This document shows positions 48,460-60,900 of a stretch of 64,000 nucleotides of DNA, in pieces. Position 1 is the stretch's first letter; each line of letters begins with the position of its first letter. A program made the translations under genes and the position numbers. The stretch is from Callorhinchus milii. Taxonomy: Eukaryota. The notes under the pieces were generated by a model, which saw nothing but the letters and a program-made list of their open reading frames with translations, did not search any database and was not told the DNA's origin. The stretch is from the NCBI RefSeq assembly GCF_018977255.1, contig NW_024704743.1, forward strand, positions 96,164,001-96,228,000, given 5' to 3'.

Positions 48460-49080
48460 CTCTGCTCTCTCTCTCTCTCTTTATTGATCAGCTCCTCTCC
48501 TTTTCTCTCCAGATCAGCTCCTCCTCTCTTTCTCTGCTCCATCTCTCTCTAGATCAGCTCCTCTCCCTCTCTCCCTGCTGTATCTCTCCCTCTCTCAGCT
48601 CTCTCTCTCTCTCCCACTCTGCTCTCTCTCTCTCTACTCTATCTCCCCCTCTCTGCTCTCTCTCTCTACTCTATCTCTCCCTCTGCTCTCTCTCTACTCT
48701 ATCTCTCCTTCTCTGCTCTATCTCTCCCTCTGCTCTCTCTCTCTACTCTATCTCTCCCTCTGCTCTCTCTCTACTCTATCTCTCCTTCTCTGCTCTCTCT
48801 CTCCCTCTGCTCTCTCTCTCCCTCTGCGCTCTCTCTCTCCCTCACTCTACTCTATCTCTCTGCTCTCTCTCTACTTTATCTCTCTCTCTACTCTATCTCT
48901 CCTTCTCTGCTCTCTCTCTCCCTCTGCTCTCTCTCTCCCTCTGCGCTCTCTCTCTCCCTCTCTCTACTCTATCTCTCTACTCTCTCTCTCCCTCTGCTCT
49001 CTCTCTCCCTCTCTCTGCTCTATCGCTCCCTTTGCTCTGCTCTCTCTCTACTCTATTTCTCCCTCTGCTCTCTCTCTCCC
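48460..49080. repeat. CT-rich polypyrimidine low-complexity array
   Basis: (CT)n interrupted by CTGCT, CTACT and CTATCT units. Confidence 0.95.
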
Positions 49081-49114
49081 CCCCCCCCCCTGCACCCCCC
49101 TGCCCCCCCCCCCC

Positions 49115-49260
49115 CCGCTGTGAGCCTGGCTGCCGGGGCGGTGTTGGGGGACAGGGGGTCCGCCTCGCTGCGCTGTGGTTGGATGTGGGGCGGGTGTGGG
49201 TTGGAGCGCGGAGTTGGCGCTCTCCCGGCGGCTGCCGCTGATTGAATGAAAGTTGCTGCA
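49115..49260 (+). promoter_or_regulatory. CpG-rich candidate promoter of the cadherin gene, with GC boxes
   Basis: GGGGCGG motifs near 49135 and 49187; high CpG density continues through the 50 kb exon. Confidence 0.45.
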
Positions 49261-49309
49261 GGTTGTCCTGAGCTCCAACAAACCCTCTCCCTCAGCACAA
49301 CACAACACA

Positions 49310-49887
49310 GGAGAGCCTCTCACCCCAACCGGAGAGCCTCTCACCCCAACCGGAGAGCCTCTCACCCCAACCGGAGAGCCTCTCACCCTCTCACCCCAAC
49401 CGGAGAGCCTCTCACCCCCAACCGGAGAGCCTCTCACCCCAACCGGAGAGCCTCTCACCCCAACCGGAGAGCCTCTCACCCTCTCACCCCCAACCGGAGA
49501 GCCTCTCACCCCCAACCGGAGAGCCTCTCACCCTCTCACCCCAACCGGAGAGCCTCTCACCCTCTCACCCCAACCGGAGAGCCTCTCACCCCAACCGGAG
49601 AGCCTCTCACCCCCAACCGGAGAGCCTCTCACCCCAACCGGAGAGCCTCTCACCCTCTCACCCCCCAACCGGAGAGCCTCTCACCCCCAACCGGAGAGCC
49701 TCTCACCCCCAACCGGAGAGCCTCTCACCCTCTCACCCCAACCGGAGAGCCTCTCACCCTCTCACCCCCAACCGGAGAGCCTCTCACCCTCTCACCCTCA
49801 ACCGGAGAGCCTCTCACCCCCAACCGGAGAGCCTCTCACCCTCTCACCCCAACCGGAGAGCCTCTCACCCCAACCGGAGAGCCTCTC
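49310..49887. repeat. Minisatellite, about 24 copies of AACCGGAGAGCCTCTCACCCC (21-31 bp variants)
   Basis: Counted by eye; variants differ by C-run length and an optional CTCTCACC duplication. Confidence 0.95.
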
Positions 49888-50015
49888 CGCCTCACAGCCC
49901 CTCTCTCTCTCTCTCTCTGTTTCACGCAGTGAGCAATTCCCTTTCGCCCGCAACTGCCTGAGAACCGTCCCAGGACCGGGGACCCCCTTCTGGTTGGGGG
50001 GGGGGGACCGGAGCG

Positions 50016-50916
50016 ATGGCTCCCGCGGACACTCCGGGAGGCGCTCGGCTCCTCCTGCACTGCCTCTCCCTCCTCTCCAGCACCGGAGGAGCCGCCTTCC
50101 ACGGCCCCGTCTCCGAGACCCCCCACCCCACCCCCCCGACCCCCCCCAGGACCCCGGTGCCCGGCCCGCGGCCCCCGCACCCGTTCGGCGGCACCGCGCG
50201 CCCTGCCCTGGGCGGGGACCGGGACCGGGACGGGGCTCCCCGGCTCCCCCAGACCCCCGTCCCCGCCCACCCCCCGGGCGGGCAGCTCGGGGCGCGGTAC
50301 GTCCTGACGCTCAGCCCCTCTCCCCTCCCCACCCCGAGCGGCCGGAGCCCCGCGGGCGCGTCGGGTGCCCCGCGGGTGGAGGTGGACGAGACGTGCCCTC
50401 TGGGGTCGGAGATCGCCCGAGTGACGGCCGCGGACACCGACCGCCCGCGGGGCACCGCCGACCTGGTGTACCGCTCCCCTCTCCCCCACCCGCTCCTGTT
50501 CGTGGTCCCGGGCACCGGGCAGGTGCTGCTGGTGGGCTCTCTGCTCGGGGTGAGAGCCATCGCCCTGGTGGTTGACGGCCGGGATGGCGGTGCCCCCCCG
50601 CAGGTCAGCGACCCCCTGGCGGTGATGGTCAGCGTGAAAGCCGCGGACCTGCAGCCCCGCAGGAGCAGGAGAGGGACCAGGACCAGGGCAGCGGCCGAGG
50701 ACGTGTTCCACTCGGTCACGGTGTCCGAGCAGAGTAACGTCGGGGATGTCATCCTCGCCGTCCCCGACCGGACCTTTGGAGGGCGTTGGTTTGAGGTGAT
50801 CGCTCCGACCGACCCCCCGGTCCACATCGAGAGGGAGACGGGCAAAGTGCACCTGCGGGAGAGGCTGCGCAGCCCCGAGGCTCTGCACATCACCGTCCAG
50901 GTCAACAGCCAAGAGG
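50016..50916 (+). CDS. First coding exon of a neural-cadherin-like (type III classical cadherin) gene; partial
   Basis: ATG 50016; hydrophobic leader [17 protein letters not shown]; cadherin-type motifs [61 protein letters not shown] site; strong donor G|gtaagt at 50917. A polypyrimidine tract and CAG acceptor end at 49929. Confidence 0.8.
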
Positions 50917-50937
50917 GTAAGTGGCTATCGCTCTCCT

Positions 50938-51395
50938 CTCACTCCACTCACTCACTCACTCACTCCACTCACACTCCACTCACTCACTCACTCACTCACT
51001 CACTCACTCTCACTCCACTCACTCACTCACTCTCACTCCACTCACTCACTCACTCCACTCACTCTCACTCACTCACTCACTCACTCACTCACTCTCAATC
51101 TACTCACTCACTCACTCTCACTCCACTCACTCACACTCTCACTCACTCACTCCGCTCACTCACACTCTCACTCACTCACTCCGCTCACTCACACTCTCAC
51201 TCACTTACTCCACTCACTCACACTCTCACTCACTCACTCCACTCACTCACTCACACTCTCACTCACTCACTCCGCTCACTCACACTCTCACTCACTCACT
51301 CCACTCACTCACACTCTCACTCACTCACTCCACTCACTCACACTCTCACTCACTCACTCCACTCACACTCTCACTCACTCATTCCGCTCACTCAC
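50938..51395. repeat. (ACTC)n compound microsatellite at the start of the cadherin intron
   Basis: Visible directly. Confidence 0.95.
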
Positions 51396-53081
51396 ACGGT
51401 CAGTGTTCATTACAACACTGGTTTTCATCGATTCTGTCGGATGCATTGATCTTAATCGGCCTTCAGTGGGTTATAATGACATTTCTGACAGTGTGAGATG
51501 ATCTTGCAATCACAGCTACTCGGCTATTTTACAAATCCATCCCCATTATTCCAACCCAGTTATGCACTTGGCTGTTTAATGCTTCCAAATTATGCGTTTC
51601 TGGTAGTACAACTTCTGACTGTGAGTGGAAGTGTGTGAGAGTGATTTTTTTTCTGGAGGAAACCCTGATCGAAACTTACTTTGGGAATTAGCTTTGTGAT
51701 TCAGTGCTGAAACAAATTGCCTCTTGGGACTGAGAGGTTTCCATTTGGGAGACACTCAACGTGGTTGGAGGCACCACCTATTTGCAATACAATACAAAAT
51801 CACATTTGTACAGAGCCTTTCAGGTCAGGAGGACGTCCCAATGCGCTGGACAGTCAGGGATTTGGTATTAACATCATACCAACCTGTCTGCTCCCTCAGC
51901 TCTGTGTCCCCTGCCCTCCCCATCATTGGTGGTCAGGCCTTCAGCCTTTCTGCCCCCACTCTCTGGAACTCCATTCAGGAATCCCTCTGCCTTGCCCTCG
52001 CCTCCTTCAAGGCCCGTCTCAAGACTTTCCTCTTTGATCGTGCTTTTGGCCACCCTCCCTACCCTCCACCTCTCCTGATTCCAACCCCCAGGTTGGGTGC
52101 AAACCCTTGACTGTCCAGTGCCTTGGGACATCTTTTTGACCTGAAAGGCACTATGTAAATATAATGTGCTGTTGCTGCTACTGTTGTTGTTGTACACTAT
52201 AGAACGGGAGACATACAACAGAGTCACTGATAGATTGTGAAGTGGAAGTGCACTTATCACTGCACTTTCCGCGTTGATGCAAAACACTTACTGCTTTGCG
52301 GGTAGCACAAGATGAGGTTCCAGTGCAATATGGCTGAGATGTGAGATGGTGAGGCGGCCTAAAGGGGGGCAGTCTCGGGGCTCAGGCGCTCCGAGTATTG
52401 AGCGCACTATGTGGAAGCGCCGCCGGAGGTGGCGGTGACTCCCAAGGCTTGGTGCGCTTGGTGGGCCAAGTCTTCAGCAATAGGGAGCCTCGACTCTCCC
52501 CTGTCCAGCTGAGTTGATCATGAAAGTTGGCTAATGGCCAGCAGAAACAGCATGAAACATCTTGAGATCTGCCGAGCGGAATGGTGCAATAGTCCAGGAA
52601 CTTTACAACACTTAACTCATTCACTGCTGAAGAGAGGGGCTTTTTTTTATTTGGGGGGAGATGTCTCTCTCTCTCTCTCTCACTCACTCTGTACTGTGTA
52701 CAATCCCCAACTGGAAGCTTTCTACAAACTGCAGTTGTACCGCAGCCGGAGTGATCTGAGAGCTTCCTGCACGGCCTCCCACCGCTCCTGTCAGGCTGCT
52801 GACTAACCCTGTGGTTATAGTTGAGTGTTTGGGCAGGGTTCAGCGTGCAAATCACATCGCAACAGCACAACTCCGTGTCATCACACAACCAGCGGAAAAT
52901 AAGGGCAAAATACGGCATTTCATGACAGATTCCATATTGTATGAATTGCCATATTTTCGCCCCAATTGCCACCAGCTGTTTAGTGCAACACTGGACCAGC
53001 TTTAAGTTTCCTAGTGAGCTACTGACCTGTCTGTGCCCTGTCCTGCCCTGCCCTGCCCTGCTGACTCTTCTGGCATTACAC

Positions 53082-53407
53082 ATAATAATAATAATAATAA
53101 TCCTTGCATTTGGTATAGCGCTTTTCACGTCGGGAGGACGTCCCAAAGCGCTTCACAGAACACACTGTAAAGTGAATTGACTGTATATTTGTGGGCGAAT
53201 GCGGCAGCCAATTGCGCACAGCAATGTCCCTCAAACAGTCGTAGATTGAAAATGACCAATTTATTATTGGTTTTGGTTTTGGAGGGATTATTATTAGGCT
53301 CTGTGTGGAGTAAGGAAACTTGCCCAAGGTTTCGCCCTCTGCCTGGAATTGAACTCAGGTCTCTCACTTGCAAAGCGAGTGCTCTAACCACTGAGCTACA
53401 GGACTCC
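53082..53407 (-). mobile_element. Full-length young tRNA(Ala)-derived SINE
   Basis: Intact A/B boxes and retained CpGs; L2-like tail with (ATT)n; nearly identical to 1-241. Confidence 0.92.
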
Positions 53408-55886
53408 AACATGTCACCAGCAGTCAGTCAGTCAGTCAGTGACCAAGGAGCAAAGCTTTAAGTGTATGTGCGGTGTGTGTACAGAGCTCTGCTTTCCTTG
53501 AGCAGCGTATGGGGAAGGGGGAATAAAATGAGTTGGTGAGACAGTCTATTTTGATTCCGATATCAAAATTTCCACAGTTTTGTGTTAGATTCGTGAGGTT
53601 AACGTGGAGCATCGGTATAGTGATGGGGGAGGGAAAGTATAAGGTATGTGATGTGATAGTTTTCACGTATCAAATATGTATGCATCTAATCACCCACCAC
53701 AAATTACTCACCCCAACTGTTCTGAACCAATACATTTTCAGCCTGCTTTGCAATAATGTATATGTTTTAATTGTGCCAGTGATATTTGCTAAATGTGCTA
53801 GTGATCTCTATTAATTGAACATCATTGAATTGAGCGCAATGAATCTATCATTTTTATTGAACACCAACTGAAAATATTACAAGCACTTGTGATAATAATG
53901 TAATAATCCTTGCATTTGATATAGCGCCTTATTGTGTCGTTGAGACGGCTGAAAGCTCTTCACACAATATACTGTAAAGTGAATTGACTATATTTTGTGG
54001 GTGAAATGTAACAGCCAATTGCATAAAGCAGTGTCCCACATAGTCTTGATGTTTTAATAGTCTGTCCAGTATTAGATACCACCAACACTTCAGTCCTTGT
54101 GGTTATTTTATTGACAGACTGTTTGACTTGGGCATTTTTGAGCCTTTCTGTGGTGTCTAATTAAAATGTCACTCATCCATTGGCCATATGGCTGGATCTA
54201 AAACTGTGCAGTGTTAACCTCTTTGTAATCCTATTAATGTGCAACAAAATAAGCTTACATTAATTATTTTATTTAAAACAAAATTAAGCCTATAGTAGTT
54301 GGTATAAATAGAAACAATAATAGCAGTTAATTCCATGGATGTGCACACTTATGCTTAGTTATTAGCCCTTCCTGACTGTAGAATTAATATTATAACTGCT
54401 TGTCTCTATTGTACATTCTCTGTTTAACTTTTGCGATATCATTGTTTGGAGTGTCTATATTTTTTCTGTTTGGTGATCTTCACTAACAATTACCTATTAA
54501 TTATCTTACTGACATTTTCATGTAAGAGGAAGGCAATACAATACTGTATGTGATCATCTTGTATCTAAGCACCCACATTGCAAGCATATTGTATGCCCAG
54601 GAATTTGTCTTGTTCACTCTAAATCAATTTTGCGGCTCATCTTACATCCAGATTATTCTAAATGAAATGAATTTTAAATGAACAGAACCGACCTGTTATT
54701 TTCCAAGACAACAACAATTTATCATTGGTTTTAAATCAATTGAGGAAGAATAACTCATGGTTATGACAATTGACAAATCAATTCTTTATATTTTTGTGGC
54801 AACTTTCCCCTTTTAGTCTGCCCCTCTTCTAAAATTGGGTTTGTTTCCAAACACATTGGCAGCCCTTTGGGACCTGGCTGAAGCTAGCCAAGACTGAGGC
54901 AGTGCTACTGGCCAACAAACCTCCCAAATAAAATTGGTCACTCACTCTATGGTTGTTTGTGAGACATTGTTGTGCACAATTGGGCTCCAGCATGATTGAA
55001 GCATTATTATTCTTCCCCTCATGACTGACTTTTCTGTGAGCAAAATGCCTGTGATATTTGTCTTATAAAAACAGTCACTACACTCGATGATGAATTGGAG
55101 AGGCTTTGAGACGTTTCAAATATTTTAAAGTAAGATAAGGCACTGTAAAGGTTATTTCATCAAGTGGAAGCTTAGATAATGGGTGTCAGTAGTCCAGTCA
55201 AGCCAAATCTTATCCTTATAAGGTCATTTACGAGCATGTGCCATTGGATATAAATCGATAGCTGGTTGATTTTCCCTTCCTAATTGCCAGGGTGCTAATC
55301 CCAATTGTAGCACTCCAACTCTTACTCTGGCTCAGACCAATTAACTGCTTTAATATAATTGATTGGATATAGCTTCTTATCACAAAGCAACATCTCAACT
55401 CACACAATCAGTTACTCTTTGGAGCATAATGACTTTATAGGGGCAACAACGTGACAGCAAATATACTATAATACTGTGCAAGAGTCAGAAATGATTCAGT
55501 AAAAGTGTCACTAACAGTAAACCTGGAACAAACTCCTTTACTTCTACCTGACTGGTGAATGAATGAATTAATGATCTTTGCTTATTCTTGGTTAGATTTG
55601 GGTGGCGGCTGGTGGCTATCACTGATTCTGACTACAGTATTTACTCAAAAAAGGTGAGAAACCCTGGGACATCCTCAGCAAGTTCCCAATGTTCGGTACC
55701 TGTAGCAGCTAAATATTCAGACTAAAGGACTGTCTTGTGCTGTTTTTTCAGTCTTTTCATCCAATTTTATTGAATGTATCGCCAATCTGTCAGATCGCCG
55801 ATCCATTCTGTTCGAGCACTCGCCTCACAAGCGATTCTCAGCAGGGCCAAACATCAGGCAAGTTTCCTTATCATCACATAATAATA

Positions 55887-56265
55887 ATAATAATCCTTGT
55901 ATTTGATATAGCACTATTCACGTCTTCTAGAGTCTCAAATCACTTCACAGAATATACTGTAAAGTGAATTGACTGTATATTTGTGGGCGAAATGCACATC
56001 TCTGTTTACCTAGCAGTAAGTAGCAACGGTTGTCAGTCGATTGGCGGATTGCTTTTCCCGGGAAAATAATTCCTTAAAAAATAATAATAATTTGGTCACT
56101 CAATCCACGACTGTTTGTGGGACACTGTTGTATGCAATTGGCTGCTGCATTTCACCTACAAAATGTACAGTCAATTCACTTTACAGTATATTCTGTGAAA
56201 CACTTTGAGAAGTCTTGAAGATGTGGTAAGGGACTATATCAAATACAAGGATTATTATTATTATT
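55887..56265. repeat. Inverted pair of SINE 3' ends (fold-back)
   Basis: 55887-55996 is the reverse complement of about 56147-56263. Confidence 0.85.
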
Positions 56266-57934
56266 TTTAAAGTCCAAAATTAATACAACATTTTGTCTTT
56301 GAGCGGGGCTGTAAAATATATTCTTAGAAACGTAAAATGTTCACCAACTCCAAACACCAACCAAAGGTGTGAAGTCTTTTATGGGATGGAAGAACGTGTT
56401 GTAGTTTGCTTCACTTCACTTCGCCAGGGGATTTGACTGACATTCATTTGTGAAGTTTACCGACTGCACCTCTTCCTTAACAGTTCCAGCATTAATGCAT
56501 TTCTCAGTTCATCTTTTTGCAGTCGATCTGAAATTGTGCATTCAACCTTTGTCAGTGGAGGTGGCGCTAATGAGTCACTGGTTGCAAAGATTCCCAAGGT
56601 TATCAGAATGTCCATTCATTCGTCTTTGCCCCAGTTTGTGTACTATACTGGAGATCGCTTGTCATCTCAATTGATTTCTCAGATTGGAAGATTTTCATGG
56701 GGAAAATGCGCGAAAATACATAGAGATTTTCTCAGTCAGTGAAATGAAACCATCGACATCACCACATGCATTTGAGTCATTACTGAAACTAACAGGAGGG
56801 TGGATCTGGGTTTAGAACGAGACCTTGCGAGAGTTAAATATGATGAGCCCAGGGGAGGACGAGTGACTGAGCAAGTGAATGCAATAACTTTCAATTCATT
56901 GGTAACTAATTCACATCAAACCCTTCCACATACTGAACACAGGCGGGTAGTTTGATTTGTATGAGTGCATTTGCAGGATAATCATCTTCAAACTGTCAGC
57001 GGCCCAGAAACAAAGAAATAAATCTCGAGCTAATTAGAACAGCCTGTGAGCGTTTCTTAATCTGAATTTTATTAGAGAGGTTGGACAGGCAGGACGATGC
57101 TAATGGGAGAGATTAAATAATGGCAGAGATCTAAAGATCGAGGACTTGTGCGATTGTGAGTTTGTGTTAACTTCAAAGAATGGAAGCCTGATTTACGGGG
57201 TTAAATTACAATACAGGATTGATGTCAATTTCATGTTTCGTTCAAATTGGAACTTCGACCAGTTCTGTCAGATTGGCTTCATTAATGTTTCGAAAATACG
57301 ATCTCTTTGTGAATACCTGTTTTATCTGTTTTCTTTACCTCTGGTAGTGATTTTGCTCACTCTACCAACGCATGTGTTTGAAAGGTTATTTTATCTTGCC
57401 TCCAACCAATGCAAAGACTCGGCTGAATTTACACACACACTGCAGATGAAGAGGCAAGCTTCAGATTCAAATAGGTCTATTTGTTTTTAATTAGCTGCTA
57501 AATATTGGCCTTTCCACAAGTCTTTGGTTTGTAAATAATGACTCAGGGGGGATTTAACATGCTGTTTAGTAACATTGTACAGAGAACAGAATAAAATCCT
57601 GCTTTAAAGGAAGTCCAGGTGCAAACACATTCTCCTTGCTGATTCTTCTACTCATTGTTATCTTGTTTCTTAAATCTACTATTATCTCTTGTGAAATTTC
57701 TCTCTCTCCCCATTCTTACTGAAGACATTTACCACTAATTTCCATCTGTTGCCTTAGTCAAATAGCTATTGAGGTTGAAAATTAGGCATTGGCAAACTGA
57801 ACTCCACTACACTACTTGCAACCTTCCTAAATATAAACCATGAAGATACATGTCAGCCAAAAAGTCAATTGAAAACTCACCTTAAGGTACACTGATATGA
57901 TCAGTTTTATGCAGTCTTTTTCATTTGATCAAGT

Positions 57935-58330
57935 GTCAGTCTAGTTTAGTTTGGAGCACTCTTGCCTCTGAGTCACAAGATGCATATGTTCAAGCACCAC
58001 ATTGGACTTTGTCTAGACTGACACTCCAATACAATTCTGAGCTAGTGCTGCATTATCCGATATGCTGTTTTTCAGATGGAATGTAAAACTAAGGCTCTTA
58101 CCTGTTCAAATGGAAATTAATGATCTCATAGTACTATTCAAAAAAGAAAAAGGAGTTTCTCTTAACGTTTCAGCCAACAATCCTGCAGATAAAAAATTGA
58201 ACATTTGCTTCATGGCTGTTTGTGCGACATTGCTGTTTACAAATTAGCTACCAACCCAAGTGCTTTAAGACATTATATGTGATATATAAAGCACTAGATT
58301 ATTATAAAATGCAAGCACTGTTATTATTAT
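57935..58330 (+). mobile_element. Old Deu-domain tRNA SINE
   Basis: tRNA-like head, Deu-like TTTCAGATGGAATGTAAAACTAAGG and GCTGTTTGTGCGACATTGCTG, (ATT)n tail. Confidence 0.75.
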
Positions 58331-58674
58331 TTTTACTGATATAGTACAGTAATCCAATGTCACTAGTGAGGTTTACCTCTTAATGTGATCAAAATTCCTC
58401 AGTCCATTTGCTGACCTCATTGTTGCGACCTTGGGTTTTACTGAGAAAAGGCACAAAGAGTCCAATAAAAAGGGCGGAAACAAAATCTCAGCTTCCAAAT
58501 GACCTTTGCCAGCTTTCAAGATGGTCATTTGTTCTTGACCTTTAAAATGAATTTGCTGGTGAATTGCACAATTTTGGTTCCAAAAAAAATTGCAATGTCA
58601 GTAAGAAGGGCGATTTCAACCAAGCCTGCACCTTCTATGCACCTCTAGCAGGGATTATTGGATAACATTATTTG

Positions 58675-59103
58675 TAATAATCCCTGCATTTGCTATACCA
58701 CTTTCACTTCAGGAGAATGTCTCAAAATGCCTCACAGGATATATTGTAAAGTGGAGTGACTGTGTGTTTTGTGGAGGAACCTGGCAGACAGCTTGTGCAC
58801 AGCAGTGTCCCACAAACAGCCATGGAGTGAGTGACCAATTTTATTATGGGGGGGGATTGTTGGCCAGGGCACAGGAACAAACTCCCTTCTCTTTTCGAAT
58901 AGTGCCATGGGATTTTTAACATCCACTTGAACAGGTCTTGGTTTCATGTCTCGTCTGAAGGACATTTCCTCCAGCAATGAAATGCACCCCTAGTACTGCA
59001 TTCAGTATCGTCTTAGACTGGATGAATTCCTAGTCCCAATGTGGGGTTTGAACCCACAACCTTCTGACTTAGAAGCAAGAGTGCTACCAACTGAGCCAGG
59101 CTG
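58675..59103 (-). mobile_element. Full-length Deu-domain tRNA SINE
   Basis: Minus strand: GGCTCAGTTGGTAGCACTC..GGGTTCAAACCCC head; CCTTCAGACGAGACATGAAACC Deu segment; L2-like tail. Confidence 0.85.
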
Positions 59104-60900
59104 ATACACAGGCTGGATGGGAATCAGGAATGAAAACCTTTACCCTGGTTGATGTCCCCTTCACTAACTCCGGGTGCTGAGGCCAATTGATTCGATAGTG
59201 GTAACTAAGCACAACCTGGGATTGGATCTGAAGACCTTCTCTATAAGGTTCAGCAACTCACTGGATAAACCCGCTAAGCCATCGGGGATAAAAAAGGGTC
59301 TTAATACAAAATGCAATTAACATAAATCCTGCTTGCAAAGAAGGGTTATTTAAATTAGAACTGAAAGGTCTAGTGTCTTCACAAAAAGCTGTTTTGTCAA
59401 ACCTTTTTTCATTAGTATGCAGACACAAAGTGTGACAATGCAGACTGTGCTGAAATGGATTTTCGGGTTATTTTATCCCTGATGTCACATGACAATTTTG
59501 CATGAAAGAAAATGCTTTTTCCCCCCAAACATTGTTTCCTAAAAATGCTTCTCTTGAACGTGTTTACAAGCGTCAACTTGTGATTTGTTGCTCAATCCGA
59601 GAAGTTTCACTATTTTAATTCTTAGGTTCTCACCCGCAGGCTGAGTTGCCACTGTTTTCCTGTCAAACAATTATAGATACAAACACCATAGGTACTTACT
59701 TATTAGGGAAAAGTGTATTCTTTTTAAAAAGTAAAAATTCAAATTCTTGTGCGACAGTGAAGAAATGTTCAGGTTTTCCATTCTGCAACCCTGCAGATTC
59801 TTTTATTTATAGTAAAACTCTCTAACGAGATGCAGATGACTAGATAAAAGCAGTCTCCTTCAAAGAAGAGATTATCTGACGGAAACACAGACTAAACCTT
59901 TCCTTCGCTTCACATTTTTTCAAAGAATCCCTGTTTTTTGTTACTTGCCTGTATCTGGAGCTGATTCCTGATTCTGCCCCCTTCCCCATTCAAAAATTCA
60001 TGTCAATTTATTCGTTGTTGGACTATTGGAAAATATTAAACTTCTGTATACTGTATGTATTTAAAATATACTTAAGGGTTTAAACAGAATCATTCAGGTG
60101 TTTATGCTTTGCAAACGGTGCCCTTAGATGTTTGCAACATCTGTTTTTTATTTAACTTTGTTCTCTAAACAGCCTCGGAGTCTCATCCGTGAGTTGATTT
60201 ATTGGACACTTCTTTTATCTTTGTTCTTATAATCCAATAAAGAAAGACATTTGTGCATAAAAGGAGACTTTGCCGATATAAACCGCAGAATCTTGTGTTT
60301 ACTGATAGTCTTTACTTTGCATTAACTATGGTAATGTAACACACATTTTGTTATGCTTGTGATTCTGGGGCTCAGCAATGGACCCATCGTTAGAGAATGC
60401 GGTGTGGGGCCAGTGGTGCTGGATCTGGTTGAGCTAATTAGCAACTTTAGCTTCAGTATTGATGAAATCCTACAGTCCGCTCACTATCGTCCTCACTATT
60501 GAGGTCACTGCACTTTGGTGAATACAGCTGCAATTAAATTCAGGGTTGAAACTGAGTTGCTCTTTATGGATTGCACAAATCAAGAATTAAAGAGCTCTCA
60601 GAGTCTAGCTAAAATTTCTGTAATTCCATGACAACCAATCTAAAAAAAATTGCATCAAATTGACACGTATAACTTCTTGGTTGCCTATTTTGGCCCAGCA
60701 GAACTAACACTTCTTTCAAATTGTATTTGGGCTCTATGCTTACTGACTGCTTTAAAGACTGGTAGAATAATAATAATAATCCTTGCTTTTGGTCTAGCAT
60801 CTTTCACGTTGTCAAGACGTCTCAAAGCGCTTACAAGATATACTGTAAAATATTTTGTGAGCGAAATGCGGCAGCCAATTGCACACAACAAAGTCCAACA

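Noticed and set aside
49253..50575. 440-aa and overlapping 228/327/358-aa ORFs
   Set aside because: Produced by the minisatellite and by alternative frames of the GC-rich cadherin exon
50917..51496. His/Ser/Leu/Thr-rich extension of the cadherin ORF
   Set aside because: Read-through past the GTAAGT donor into an (ACTC)n microsatellite
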